From Eledone cirrhosa (lineage: Eukaryota), in contig OZ024742.1 in NCBI GenBank assembly GCA_964016885.1, forward strand, positions 71,734,001 to 71,798,000: 64,000 nucleotides of DNA, written 5' to 3'. Shown piece after piece: positions 13,918 to 27,609 of the stretch. Made by a program: the position numbers and the translations under genes. Position 1 is the first letter of the stretch, and every line of letters starts with the position of its first letter. Under the pieces are notes generated by a model. That model was not told where the DNA came from, did no database searches, and worked only from the letters and a program-made list of their open reading frames with translations.

Positions 13918-14374
13918 AGAAAACTCATCACTAGAACAGTCGTTAAAACAGCTAAATGCTATCAAAGACAACGATGGGCGGAGACCAGCAGCCTGTGGTT
14001 AACAGAGAGACAATCCACAAGGTAGGCGACATGTAGATGAAATATAGAAAAGATTGAAAGAGGTGGAAGACAAGGAGAAGTGTGTTGGTGCATAGAAGTA
14101 ACTGGAAAAAGAAAATATGAAAGGCAATGTTGAAGACAAGTTTATATACACACATCTTCACCCTCATCAATGCTCAAACCAGCAAAATGGTTTGGCATGA
14201 TTTAATTGAGAGTACCATTTTTTTCTTTTCTTTGTTTTCTTTCGTCTTTCTATCTGTGCTATTTGCTTTATCACACACACATCATACCAGCAGAAAGATT
14301 TATTTTTCTGTTGCACAATCCAGCATTTAGCTGTTTTAATGGCTGCCCTACTGCTGAGTTTTCTCATCTTTATA
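13909..14374. mobile_element. non-autonomous TIR element (~52-bp imperfect inverted termini)
   Basis: 13909-13960 (TATAAAATGAGAAAACTCATCA...AAAACAGCTAAATGCT) is the approximate reverse complement of 14322-14374. Confidence 0.7.
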
Positions 14375-14522
14375 GGTATTCAAATACACTCTCGCTTTTT
14401 CTCAATCTGTTATATATATAGATATAGATATAGATAGATAGATAGATAGATATGTTTCTTTATTAGCCACAGGGGCACAAAAGAAGGGGACAAATACAAA
14501 GGGGGAAGTTTACATACAATAA

Positions 14523-14553
<31 letters not shown>

Positions 14554-14665
14554 TAAAACTGTACAGCAAATATTTATTATTACCACAGATTAAAAGTTTA
14601 AAACAATTTCTACTTTCACCCTAAAGCAGGATCTTTAGGGTGAAAGCAGAATTCTTTGTTAATAA

Positions 14666-14710
<45 letters not shown>

Positions 14711-14769
14711 ATATATATACAATAGTTTCTATAGACTAAAAGAGCGCTGTATGTTAAGTAGCTGGCTAA

Positions 14770-17550
14770 ATCATCATCATCATTTTACGTCCGCTCTTCC
14801 CTGCTTGCAAGGGGGGGACGGGTTTTATTCAGCACAGCATCTCTCCTCTTGTCACGGTCCTTCATCATCTCCACCGTGAGCTTCAACGATCTGAGGTCTG
14901 TTCTCACCACCTCCGCCCATGTTTTTCATGGTCTACCTCTACTACGTCTTCCTTCAACTGGCATTTCCTGGCACTTCTTCACCCATCGGTCATCCTCCAT
15001 GCGCATCACATGTCCATACCACCTCAGTCTCATCTCTCGCACACTATATTCTATCCCTCTCAGACACAGTTTCTCTCTCAACACATTCATGCTGGGTCGT
15101 TCACGCACATTGACACTGCACATCCAACGGAGCATGCTTGCCTCATTTCTCTCCAGCCGTCGCATATCCTCTGCAGTTGCTGCCCATGTCTCACTCCCAT
15201 GCAACATTGCGCTTCTCACACAGGCATCATATAACCGGCCTTTCGTACGCAGCGAGAAACCCTTCTTTGTCAGCAGAGAAAGCAGCTCCCTAAACTTCTT
15301 CCAACCTGTCCTTATTCTAGATACTATGGCCTCGGAACACCCCCCTCCCATGCTAATCTGATCTACTAGGTACCGGAAGCTATCCACCACTTCTATAGTG
15401 CCCTCCTGCATTTGAAAAATGTGTCTATCAATGCGACTTCTACTATCTAATTTCCCTGTACATCTACTGCATACGTATTTCTCCCTATCTGTTAGTTTGC
15501 CTGCTATCCCACTACATCTCTTGTGTACCCAGGATCTTCATTGTGTGCATTTTATAGAATTTATGCCAGTTCCTTTTCTGCATATCGAACATGGCCATTT
15601 CCCTGACAGAATCAGACTTTTGTTCTCTTTTCTACTCATCAACACTTTTGTCTTAGCTAGGTTCACTCTCAGTCCTCTTGCTTCCAACTGCTGTTTCCAT
15701 AGCCAGAATTTATTCTCTAGCTCCTCTACTGATTCTGCTATAAGAACCAGATTGTCAGCATAGAGAAGTTCCCATGGACAGCCAGTCTTAAACTCCTGTC
15801 ATGGCTTGGAGGACTATAATGAACAAGAGCGGGCTGAGGACCGAACTTTGATGTACTCCTACTTGTATCTGGAATTCCTCACTAAACTCCATTTCTACCC
15901 TGACTTTACTGACAGTACCTCTGTACAAAGTTTGCAGTCCTCACAAGCCATTCCTCAACACCTAGTTTTCTTAGGGATCACCAGATGACAGATCAAGGCC
16001 TTCTCTAGGTCAACAAAGGCTAAGTACAGTGGCTTATTTTTCTCTAAGAACCTCTCTTGTAATTGTCTCACCAAGAAGAGGGCATCTGTTGTACTCTTCC
16101 CAGACACAAAACCAAACTGCATCTCATCTAGTTTGACCCTTTCTCTAATTAGTTGTGCTAATATCCTTTCTGCCACTTTCATAACCTGATCCATCAGTTT
16201 TATACCCCTATAATTGCTCCTCTCCAGAGCATCCCCTTTACCTTTGTAGCAATTTATGAGAGTACTGCTGCACCACCATATATAGCCTGATTGATGATGC
16301 GTGCAACCAGTTTAGTGCCTACGTCCCCTGATGCCTTCAGCATCTCAGCAACTATCCCCGATGGTCCAGCAGCCTTACCATTTTTCATTTCCTTAATCGC
16401 CTCTTGGACCCTATATTCGTCAATCTCAATAGCTGGTCCCTCTGTTGGATCTACTTAGGGTAATTTCTCTCTCTCCCATTCGTTCTCCACATTCATCAGT
16501 CTCTGATAATGACATTTCCAGGCCTTCTTTTTCTGATCATTCATGACACTAAGTACACAGGCATCATTCCGGACACATTTATCTCCAACAACATCCTGAT
16601 TTGCATTGACACACTGCCTTGCAATGGGGAACACTGCACGCCTCTGATCTTTCCGTCGCAGAACATTGGCAAACCTCCTTCTCTCAGCCTCCCTGCCTGC
16701 TAAGTACACCTGACGTCTAGCTTCTCTCTTAGCGGCTGTATATCCTTCCCTACTCCCACCCTTTTTCCAAGCTAGTCTTTTGTCTCTAATAGCCTTATCT
16801 ACTGTGCTGTTCCACCACCAGGTCACTCTCTGTCTGGTTGGAGCTCTGCTCCAGCCACAAGTTTCATCAGTAGCCTGCAGTAAGTTGTCACGTAAGAAAT
16901 TCCAGTTATTATCTATGTCATACGTCTCTAAATCGTCTTCTTTTTCGTCATATACATCTTGAAGGGCTTTCCTAAATTTGTATTTTAGTGAAAGGTCTTT
17001 TAGCTTCCAGACCTTTCTTCTTCACACCTTCCTATATGTCTCATTCCATCTCTTGCTTACTGAGATATCACTAACGACTAACCTATGCTGTGGGGTACAT
17101 TCTTCCCCAGGGTATGCCTTGGTATTAGATACTATCTGCCTGTCCCCCTGCCTAACTAGTAAGAAGTCAATCTGGCTTATGTGCTCGCCAGATTTGAAGG
17201 TTATTAGGTGATTGGCAGGTTTCTGGAAGTTTGTGTTGCAAATAGTCAGTGTACTTGCATCACAAAATTCAAGAAGTCTCACTCCTTCTTCATTTCTTGA
17301 GCCGTAACCGTGCCCACCATGTACCCCAGTGTAACCATCCTGGAGCTGTCCAACATGACCATTGAAGTCCCCTGCTAGCATAACGATGTCTCCGTCCTCT
17401 GTCATTGCGGTTGTTTGTAAAAATTGCTCGTAAAAGCAGTCTTTCTCTTCTTTGCCTAGGCCTGCCTGGGGAGCATAGGCAGAGATGATTGTCAGTAGCC
17501 TCCTGCCTACAACTAATCTAAGCTTAATTATTCTATTACTAACTCGAATA
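14770..17550 (-). mobile_element. RTE-clade LINE, decayed; APE endonuclease C-terminal half plus RT; short 3' UTR, (GAT)n tail
   Basis: ORFs 17022..17633 (SAYAPQ, GDFNGHVG, SQIDFLL, QHRLVV), 16455..16826 (TWWWN), 15955..16194, 14926..15411; frameshifts and stops. Confidence 0.92.
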
Positions 17551-17559
17551 ATAATAATA

Positions 17560-17960
17560 TATACAAATGCACACAGAGAAAAGATAGACTTTGTATGTGG
17601 CAGATGCACAGGAGATGTAAGCACTAAGAGCATATGTGAAATAGATTCCTTCTGTTGCCAGCTTTTTTACCTTGGCTATCTAATTAGCAGTGGGGGAGGA
17701 TACACTGAAAGTGTATTAGCCAGGACCAGAACAGGCTCAAAGAAGTTTAGAAAGCTGACAACAAAGAATGTATTGGTATAGACATGTGAAGCATATGGAA
17801 AATAGTAGTTTCATAAAGAAATGCAGAGAAATCCAAATAGCTCGGAGACGCACAAAAAATTGGGATGAGTTAGTGAAGATTGACCTTGAACTAAGCCTTA
17901 CAACACATGACAAAAGGCTGTGAAGGGTTGGCATTATGCCATGATGCTAAAGATCTGGTC
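17560..17960 (+). mobile_element. old RTE 3' fragment
   Basis: DFVCGRCTG...YLISSGGG...RTG.KKFR remnant. Confidence 0.7.
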
Positions 17961-18529
17961 AACAGCATATAATGTAACCTAACTCATCTTTGTCCCCTCC
18001 ACTTCCTCTAGCGGCTACCCATCCTACCACTATGCTCCCCCCACACCTACTCCCCCCTCTAAAACCCTTAGATACCTTCACTATTGCACCCTAGTAGCTA
18101 CTCTCTTTACTCCCTTCCCTTAGTTATTTCTCCATCACCACACACCTGCGCACTACTGAATACACCATCCATACACCACAAACCACCTACATCCCCTATC
18201 CCCAAACTCATCATTCACGCTGCCAATTTACCACACAGCTATAACTTCATGCCTATCTTCCTCTCCTATTGCTCCCCGCCACAAACCCCACAGAGCAGAG
18301 AGGGTTCTACAGTTGAAACTATGACCAACAATGTTTCTATAGTTGGTGCCATGAAAATGCAGCAGGTACACCCTGTAAGGTGGTTGGCAATAGGAAAAAG
18401 ACCCCACTGTAGAAACCATGCCTAAAAGGGTTAAGAGGACCTCTCAGTTGTGTCATTGGCACAATCTTCCTAGTGTTGGTAAGAAAAGGGTTCAATGTAT
18501 TCAATACTAACCTTCCCCCCACCCTCACA

Positions 18530-20420
18530 GTGTGGTGAATGACAGAAAACTGTAGTATGGCACATTAAACACCTTGTTAATGTTTAGTTATGCTTTTATA
18601 AAGGACAAAGTCATACCCAGTGACTGGTGCAGCTGTACGATCATAAATTGTTACAAGGATAAAAGTGTTGCTCTAGAAAGGAGCAACTACAGCAGAGTAA
18701 AGCTAATGGACCAAGTTAAATAGGAAAAGAGATGCAGTTCAGTTTTATGCCGGAGAAAAGATGCCCTTTTCTTAGTAAGACAAGAGAAATTCCTAGCCAC
18801 GAATAAGACCCTATATTTAGCTTTTGCTGATCTAGAAAAGGCATTTGGACAGAGTACCTCAATCTATTATATAGTGGTCATTAAGAAAATTAGGTGAAGA
18901 ATGGCTTATAAGAGCAGTGCAAGCCGCGTACAGAGGAGCAGTAACTAAAGTGAGAATAGGTAATAAGTTTAGTGAGGAATTCAAGGTACAGGTAGTTCAT
19001 TAGGGTTCTGTTCTCCATACTTCTCCAAGTCATAACAGAGTGTCAGACTGGCTGTCCATGGGAACATCTTTGTGCTGATGATCCAGTCCTTATAGCTGAA
19101 TCCATAAAAGAACTAGAGAATAAATTCCAACTATGGAAACAGAATTTGGAATCAAAAGGACAGAGTAAATCATCATCATCGTTTAACGTCCATGTTCCAC
19201 GCTAGTATGGGTTTGGACAGTAATTTTCCCACTTGAGGCAAGATTGGTTGTCTTGCTCGTATAGGACTGTCTGGCAGGTTTTCTAGTTGGATGCCCTTCC
19301 TAACACCAACCACGTTTACAGTGTGGACTGGGAGGTTTTTACCGTGTTACCTACACGGCCACATTACAGCGTGGACTGTGTGTTTTTTTGTCGTGACACC
19401 TACACGGCCTCATTTGTTTCGGACTGGATGTTGTGGCACCAACATAACTTTACATAGGAAGGGGTGGGGGGTAGTGGGACGGGGGTGTATTTTATTAGAG
19501 GTGCCTACTGACTGTAGGTTTCGCTTTGTACTTAGGCAAGGCGGGTCTTCTGTATTACTGTGTAGCGCCCAAGATCTCGGTCCAGTGACATTGTCTTGGA
19601 GAGGTGTAAGTGTGTGAGGTCAGAATTTATCAAGTCGTCCCAGGTTTTTCTGGGTCTGCCTACTCTGTGGCTACCATCTAGTAAACTTAGCCAAAACTAA
19701 GTGCTAGTAAGTAAGAAAGAAAGTAGGGCCCTGATTCCTTCAGGAAAGTGGCTTTGCTCAATATGTAGAAAAGGAATAGGCATTAACTCTATATAATGTA
19801 AATCCTGGTTACACAAGAGATGTAGTAGGATAACAGGTGGACTAACTGGACGGGAAGACTTTGTATGTAGAAAATGCACAGGGGTAATCGACAAGAAGAG
19901 CATCAGTCATATAAACCTTTTCCAATCACATAAAGGATCCATAGAAGTAGCTGATAGCTTCTATCTTGATGACCTAATTAGCAGCAGAGGAGGGTGTTCT
20001 GAGAGCAAAATAGCTTGAATAAGGATAGGATGGAAGAAGTTTAGAGTTATTCCCTACATTCAGAAGGATGGTTGTATGATGCCTATATGCAAATTGCAAT
20101 GTTGCATGGTAATGAAACATGGAGAATGAATGCAGAAGATATGCATAGGCTGGAGAGAAATGAAGCAACCATGCTTCCTTGGATGTAGCAATGTAAATGT
20201 GAGAAAAAGCCAGAGATTGGAGGATGATCATTTGGTGAACAAGTGCCAGGAAATCCCAGAAGGAAGCCACAGTAGAGGTAGGCCAAGGAAGACCTTGGCA
20301 AAGGTGGTGAGAGCTGATCTCAAATTGCTGAAACTCATAGAGGAGATGCAGTGCTGAAAAGGATCCAACAAACCCATGTAAGCATAGAAAAACAGAATTA
20401 AAAAACAATGCTGATGATGA
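18530..20420 (+). mobile_element. old decayed RTE copy, split by a younger insertion at 19170-19679
   Basis: Remnants of YKDK..ALERSNY, AFADLEKAF, GCPWE..ADD, Cys motif and GRPRKT; (GAT)n tail near 20412-20421. Confidence 0.8.
19170..19679 (-). mobile_element. young RTE 3' fragment (same family as 39367-41344) nested in an older RTE
   Basis: Reverse complement closely matches 40805-41340; AGTAAA duplicated at 19164-19169 and 19680-19685 (TSD). Confidence 0.85.
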
Positions 20421-20973
20421 TATATGGGATATTTCACCAGATGGGGTGTTGTTTAGCCAAAAGGTGGCCTTGATCAAATTGCACCAAGATCAACTTTACC
20501 TTCCAGAGTTGATAAAATAAAGTACCGGTGAAGTACTGCAGTTGATTTAATCAACTGAAGTCCGCCTCTTATGCTTATATTAGAAATTATTATTATTATA
20601 GGATTCTGAATTCAAATCCAACCTATGTAAACTTTGCCTTTCATCAATAAAATAAAATAAAGTATCGATCCAGCATGGTTGATTGGCAGAACAGTTCCAG
20701 TTGTTTGCATTCCGTGTTCATGGGTGGAAGACTCATCTATCCCCTAGTTTAACACCACTACCACCACCACAAGAGTTCACTCTTTTGGAAGTGTTTGGAA
20801 CAGATCCAACTATAAATTCTATCATCTCAAGCACCTGAAAAAAAAGGTCATGGATATTGCCCTTCCTCATGTTTGACAGAATAGATAGAAGAAAGAGCAA
20901 GGCAAAAGAAAACTAAACATTTCATATAGAAAAAAGGCAATATTTTTTTTATTTTTGTCATTTTGAAAATATT

Positions 20974-20979
20974 TTTATT
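20974..20979 (-). terminator. candidate polyadenylation signal AATAAA for POGLUT1
   Basis: First AATAAA on the minus strand about 90 nt after the stop; a second lies at about 20948-20953. The context is AT-rich, so chance occurrence is likely. Confidence 0.3.
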
Positions 20980-21065
20980 TTAGAAGAAAAATTATATAAC
21001 AATATTTTAAGAAGTCTTTGTCTATTATGAGATATATTATTTATAATTATAGCTAATGTTGTGGT

Positions 21066-21198
21066 CTATTTGATGAGAATTAGATCTTTGTTAAAATGAG
21101 GTTTATAGTTGAACAATTTGGCATAACGTTGAAGAAGATTCTTCCAGTAACATGTGATATCCTTCATCCGCAAATGGTTCCAGATATGTTTACGGCCC
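21066..21198 (-). CDS. POGLUT1: POGLUT1 last coding exon (GRKHIWNHLRMKDITCYWKNLLQRYAKLFNYKPHFNKDLILIK*)
   Basis: ttacag acceptor; HL.M.DITCYW.NLL..Y.K motif; TAG at 21066-21068. Total CDS 1218 nt = 405 aa plus stop. Confidence 0.95.
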
Positions 21199-21769
21199 CT
21201 GTAACCAAAACGAAACAAACTATAATGTTATCAAACTCATCATCATTGTGTTCTTTTTTACATGCTTGCATGGATTGAACAAGATCCATTTTTTTTTTGC
21301 AGGTTTTATATAACTAGATGCACATATCTTATCCTGAGTGTGGTGGTGTACACCTGGAGGTGGGGTCAAGCCATTTAAACCAAGGCATCCACAGTAATTA
21401 CAAATATCTGATTCAGATATTGTCAGCCATAATGATTCAAAATACCTTAAATTTCTGGTCTTGAGTCAAAAATTATTATTATAGGATTGGCAGAATCATT
21501 AGAACATCACACAAATGATTTACTGTATTTGGTTCAACACTTTACATCCCACCAAATTCAATTGACACAGATATTTGTTTGTTCTTTACATTCTGAGTTC
21601 AAATCCAACCAAAGTAAACTGACACAGATATTATCAGCCAGTCACCATTTAAAACAGCAGACACCATAAATATGAGGACAAGATCTAAATTGATCATACT
21701 AATTCACATGTGCAAATATCTGGCTTTATCCTGTGTATAGTGAAACTGATGACATAAATTATGGCAAAG

Positions 21770-22118
21770 GCAGTGTGGAACAGATGGGAGAATGGGAGAG
21801 ATTTTATAGTATGGTAAGGATAGTGTGGGAGAGCTGGAAGAGATATATAGTATGGTAAAGATAGTGTGGGAGGGTTGAAGAGATATATAGTATGGTAAAG
21901 ACAGAGTGGCAGAGCTGGAAGAGGTTTATAGTGTGGGAGAGCTGGAGATGTATAGTATGGTAAGGACAGTGTAGGAGAGTGGGATGTGATTTACAGTGTG
22001 GGACAGTTGGAAGAGATCTATAGTAAGGTAAAGACAGTGTGGAAGAATTGGAAGAAATTCATAGTATGATAAGGCGAGTGCAGGAGAGTTGGAAGAGATA
22101 TATAGTATGATAAAGACA
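21770..22118. repeat. degenerate ~38-bp purine-rich minisatellite in the last POGLUT1 intron
   Basis: Recurrent GAGAGCTGGAAGAGATATATAGTATGGTAAAGACAGTGTG. Confidence 0.8.
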
Positions 22119-23365
22119 TATTCAAGTTATACTTTTGTTATCCATATTTTTCACTGGCCTTGTATGGATATAGGATGTGAACAAATGATGAATGTTGTGT
22201 GAAAACATCAGGTGCTGTCAGTGAAGGGTGACATGAAGACTGGGAAGAATTGGCGAGATCAAATCCCAAGATATTTGGCCAAGAAAAAAGAGCGCATGAC
22301 ATAAAAATTGGTAATATACTAGATAGCAGACTCATATAACTTATGGCACCATCATCACCACCAATATTTTATATATATATATATATATATATGCATTGCA
22401 GCATAGAGTTATGTCCCTTTACGTTACAAGTTCATATTCCACTGAAGCTAATTTTGTCTTTCATCCTTATGGGGTTGATAAAATAAAGCACCAGTAATGC
22501 ACTGAGGTTAATTTAATCTGTGAACGGAAAATTGCCAGTGCTTTAGGTTTTACTTAAGGTTTTGAATCTATTTATCTGACAGTGCTTTGGAGAGAGTGAG
22601 TGTGTGTGTGTGTGTCTTTTAATTTGTCAATGGCAATATTCCACACTGGCAATTTTCCACCTGGGAATTTTCCTAGAACCCAATTTAACCTTCCCTAAAA
22701 TTGTTGGTCTTGTGTAATTTAAATTACAGACAATTATTTTACATATAAATACTTCCATGCAGGTATGAGTAAAAAAGGTCAATATGATATGTGCCTGTTT
22801 TGAAAACCCTGTATTGCTCATACATTCAATATTTTGGTAGGGTTTCTATGGCTTGATGCCCTTAATAACAACTACTTTACAGAATGAACTGGGGGCTAGA
22901 CAGACTATGATGTACTTGGCAACACTGAACAGTTATTTCAACACTATAGTCTCTTCAGTCACTGACAACTTTACGCAGTATGGGGTAGAGGGACTGTAAT
23001 AACCAATGATAATGATGATAGTTAAGGTAGGGTGTCTGTAGCACTTAATGGTGATGACGATTGTTAAGGTAGAAGGACTATAGTACCCAATGGTGATGAT
23101 GATTGTACCTAAAGATGTAGTTTCTTATCAACTGGATGGTTAGGGGTAACAAAATTAAGCCAGGTATCTTTAAAATACTGAACTGCGTGTATATCTATAT
23201 GTTTGTGTGTTTGTATGTCTACATGTGTCTATGTCAGTGAGTGTCCATGTCTCAGTGAGAGTGTTTGTCTCTCTGAGAGAGTATGTCCATGTCTGTGTCT
23301 GAGTGTCTGAGCATGTCTGCGTCTGTCTATGCATGCATCTGTGTGTGTGTGAATTCATTACTTAC

Positions 23366-23422
23366 CTGTCGGCAATCACTTTAGCTATGTTATCATTTTC
23401 CTGAGCAAACTCTAAAAGTTCC
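23366..23422 (-). CDS. POGLUT1: POGLUT1 exon 9 (ELLEFAQENDNIAKVIADR)
   Basis: ttacag acceptor, AG|GTAAGT donor, 57 nt, in phase with flanking exons. Confidence 0.93.
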
Positions 23423-23739
23423 CTGTAATGGTATAAATGAAAAGAAACACAGTATTACTTCCTTCAGGTAGATTGGTTTAATTCTTCTTTATAAATATGT
23501 TCTGATTAGACTGTTTAATATATTCAGATCAGACTACAATAGACATCATGCTTGTTCAGTTGAAATTTTACTACAGCCATTGTGTTGTGAGCAAAGTGTA
23601 TAGTCGTACTTACATCAAATTATCTGATTGATAAATACAGCATATAAACCAAGTTAATCTATTATCAGCAGCATTTAATGTACACTCTTCCATGCTGGCT
23701 TGGGTCCGATGGGTCATCACAGACCAAGTCAGTATTTAA

Positions 23740-24115
23740 CCCTTTAGCATGTAAGCTGGCCATATCCAGCCAGAATTCTCTCACCTCTTTCTGTTCAAAC
23801 CGGCTGTAACTGGCCACTCATACTGATGTTAAGGTATTGTTCTCAAAATAAATAACATCACAATCTCATAGATTCGATATTATGTGAGATAATGTGTAGG
23901 TGCCACGGAAAAAAGCACCCAGCACTCATTGTAAATGAGGTTGGTGTTAGGAAGGGCATCCAGCTGTAGAAATCAAGCCAGCATCAGTTCCCGTCCCACC
24001 CTTGCAAGCAGGGAAAAGCAGACGTAAAATGAAATGATGATGATGAATTATGTGAAATAAAGCCTTTACTATGAAAATACAATAGTAAAAATAGAGTAAT
24101 GTAAATGTTAAAGGG
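23740..24115. mobile_element. piggyBac-like MITE with a nested RTE-tail/SINE insertion (about 23895-24048)
   Basis: TTAA|CCCTTTAGCAT ... ATGTTAAAGGG|TTAA; a related partial copy lies at about 31335-31522. Confidence 0.7.
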
Positions 24116-25233
24116 TTAATCAAAGCTATTGTCTTCCTAGATGGATCAAGAGCCATGTCTCGCTTAAATGTGTTCCAATTTTGGCATGGATTTTACAGTT
24201 GGATGCCCTTCATATCTCCAGATAATTTTCCTAGCATTCTTAATCTTAGTAGTTAATCTTCGTGGTTTATTTTTTTAGATATGCTAATTTCTGACACCTA
24301 CTCATGTACAATATTGTACATTTAATTAATGATTCCTCACCACTAATTCAGTAAATACAGTGAAATTTAAGCTTCATTGAGATCTAACAGGACTGAAACA
24401 TGCATGAAATTATGTCTTGTATTTGTTGAAATGATTGAAATAATATTCATTGAGGGAAGGTATATAATTCTAAAAATAACTGCTTTAAAAATATGAATTT
24501 CCTGTCTTTTTCTTGTTAAAAATTTGATAATTCCTCTATCTTAAATTACAGTGGTTGAAGTACTAAAACATTTACTATACAACAGTCTTTAACCCTTTTA
24601 ATACCAACTTTGGTTAAAAACCAGCTCTGGTTCTGTGAAACAAAACCAATCATTTTAAAGGGCTTTTGTTTAAATTAAAATCTTCAAACATAATTTTATA
24701 TAAGAACCATATGTTACATTACCATCTTAATAATGAAATAATAACAGAAATATGGAAATGGCAGGGTTAAGTTTCATCTTGTTTGGTTATTGATTCAGAA
24801 CATAATCTCCTTGTCACCCAACTCTCCAATATTGATAAAATAAGTACCTGTGATACACTAGGGATGGAGTCAATTAAAAGCAGCATAACAATGGCCATTG
24901 AAAGGGTGGAACTTCAGACCAGTTAATCTCACAGTGAAATACAAATATAACCTAACAATAAATATTTATGATAGAACACTGTGTATTTGAAGATTTAGAA
25001 GTAAACTAAAGCTATATAAAACTACCATTTTTTAACTAGAAGCCTTTGATGTGAAAAGAACAGAGTATGAAGTGTTATCACTTTACACCATTCCTCTCTA
25101 CAGAGAAAAAAAAAGAGATTATACTAATGAACTTCAGACATAAGTGTATCTCATCAGGGAATAACTGCCACTGTGGTTCAGTGTACAGAGGAATGTTGCT
25201 ATATATGTCATACAGACAAATTATCTCACCTAC

Positions 25234-25401
25234 CTGACATTAGACATATCATTTGGTACTGGTATATAATGAACCCATGGTTTGAGAGATGGGTAAAAGA
25301 ACTCCAACCAATCATTCCCAACATGAAAGACTAAAGATTCACAGAGGAAAAGATGTTTTAAACGGAAACTGGCAGCCACGCCTCGGAAATTGAATAAATA
25401 T
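25234..25401 (-). CDS. POGLUT1: POGLUT1 exon 8 ([56 protein letters not shown])
   Basis: ccaacag acceptor, AG|GTAGGT donor, 168 nt; GT90 motifs [19 protein letters not shown] and [16 protein letters not shown]. Confidence 0.97.
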
Positions 25402-26079
25402 CTGTTGGAATATAAAAAAGCATATTTACATTTATATATATATATATATACATACATACATATAAATACATATATACACACATACACACACATATATACA
25501 CACATACACACACATATATACACACATATAAATACATATATATATACATACATATACACAAATATAGATATATCAGTCAGAATATATTAACTATTAAGCC
25601 TTCAACTTACAAGATAAGTGTAATAAATCTACTGCAATATAATAATACATTAACTTCATCATCAACATAATTTTACGTCTGCCATTCCATGCTTGCATGG
25701 GTTAGACAGGTCTTTTTCAGCACAGCATCTCGCCACTTGTCAAGTCCTTCATCATTTTTTGTGGTTTGAGATCAGCTCTCACCACCTGCGCTCATGTCTT
25801 CTAGGTCTTCCTCTACTGTGACTCCTTGGCACTTCTTCACCTAACAATCATCATCCATGCATATCACATATCCATACTACCACAGTCGTCTCTCTTACAC
25901 ACTACATATGAATCCTTCTTATAACCAGTTTCTCTCTCGGTTCATCTATACTTTGTCATTCATGCACATTACAACCATACTGCACTAAATGACCTCTGAA
26001 TGAGTTTAGTCATCTCCAATGAAAGATGGGCTGAAAGAAGAAGACTGTAGTGTATTAAGAGAAGAGTTATGATACAAAC

Positions 26080-26138
26080 TTGTATTTACAATGATCCTCA
26101 AGCCTCATTTCCTCAGCTGGCTGTTTACCTAAAGTATC
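26080..26138 (-). CDS. POGLUT1: POGLUT1 exon 7 (DTLGKQPAEEMRLEDHCKYK)
   Basis: ttgcag acceptor, GTTTGT donor, 59 nt; DTLG.P and DHCKYK motifs. Confidence 0.93.
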
Positions 26139-26925
26139 CTGCAATCAAACAAAATTCCTAATTAAAAATCTATATTTTTATACATAATTAAAGCAGAAAA
26201 TAATTACTGTTTAAAGCCAAAATATCATCATCATATTTTGTCTGTTTTCCATACTGGCATAGGTTAGACAGGTTGTTATGGTCCAAGTGACTTCTTATGC
26301 AGAATTTCTGCCTTCCTTGATGGACGAGAGGTCTACCTCTTGAATATCATTCCATTTTGGCATGGTTTCTACAACTAGATTGCCTTCCTAAAACCAACTC
26401 CTTTCACCAGAGAGTGTGTGTATTTTATCATGGCACCAGCACTAGAGAAGTTGTTGTGTCCTCTCTACCATATATTGTCTCTGACTGCATGAATAAAAAC
26501 ATTTAATTCAAATATTTTCTTCTTGTTTGAAAAATCATGTTTTGTACCTTGCTGGTCTGTCGTATACTGTGTAACTAGTTAATGAGTAATCAGTATAGTA
26601 TATATATAACAACTGACTGTTAAACTCACAAAAATCAAGGAATTTATACTCTATTTCATTTTCAAGTCCCAAATTTCATGAACCAAGTTCTTCTATCACT
26701 GCAACAGGACTGCTAAAATTGTCCATATTTTGAAGTGAAGGTCTACTTTATAAATAACAGGTTGGAAATTACTCCTAATGAAATCCTAGAGAAAAGGGAA
26801 AACTAATTTTTCTGTAAACATTAATCTTTGTTTCATAAAGTAAGCATGTTTGATATTCTTTAAAGATCACTTATTAAACAAGCAAGAATAGAGAGAGAGA
26901 GAGAGTAATTATCATTACATCATAC

Positions 26926-27085
26926 CTCAATAGACCTCCAAGCCTGGTTCTTCGTATATTCAGCATCCACTAAATTTGGAAACTTTCGAGACAGCAAAAT
27001 CAATGGATCTCTCTCAGAACTAGTTCGAGATCCACGGAAGAAACCCTTGTCAACTTTCATGTCCCAAGGATGTTTAGCAGCTTTT
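26926..27085 (-). CDS. POGLUT1: POGLUT1 exon 6 ([53 protein letters not shown])
   Basis: ttttag acceptor, GAG|GTATGA donor, 160 nt; [18 protein letters not shown] and [11 protein letters not shown] motifs, also visible in ORF 26920..27156. Confidence 0.97.
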
Positions 27086-27487
27086 CTAAAATAATATAAA
27101 CAGATGTACTTATAAAAGGAAAGATTTAAAACATAAGGGGCAAAAGATCTAAACAAACAGACAACAGCATAATCATTTCATCATTTAATGTCCATTTTCT
27201 TTGCTAGCAAGTATTGGACAAAGAATGGTTTCATTAATAACTCCAGAAATCTATGATAAACAGTCTGACTTTCAACTGTTCCAACACCAGCAATGTTAAG
27301 TATAGACAGAGAGGTAGGTGTACACAGACACACAATCTGAGACAGTTAGATAAACAGACTAACACAGACTGAGAGACAGACCAAACGGACATCGATTAAG
27401 ACAGACACATTGAGAGAGACAGTCAGACAAGAGTTAAGAGAGCTATACCAGGATAAGTTTCAATTTAAAAAAAAATAATGTAATTAC

Positions 27488-27609
27488 TGAGAAATAATTT
27501 TCCTTTGTTGATCCCATCTTCCTAGGCCAGTTGGATAGATGGGCCAGACAGCGGGGCCACCTTCCCAAAATGTCCAAGCTGGATACATTATGTCCCAATA
27601 CTCACTCAC
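27488..27609 (-). CDS. POGLUT1: POGLUT1 exon 5 ([41 protein letters not shown])
   Basis: AG acceptor, GTAATT donor, 122 nt; diagnostic [28 protein letters not shown] motif. Confidence 0.97.
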
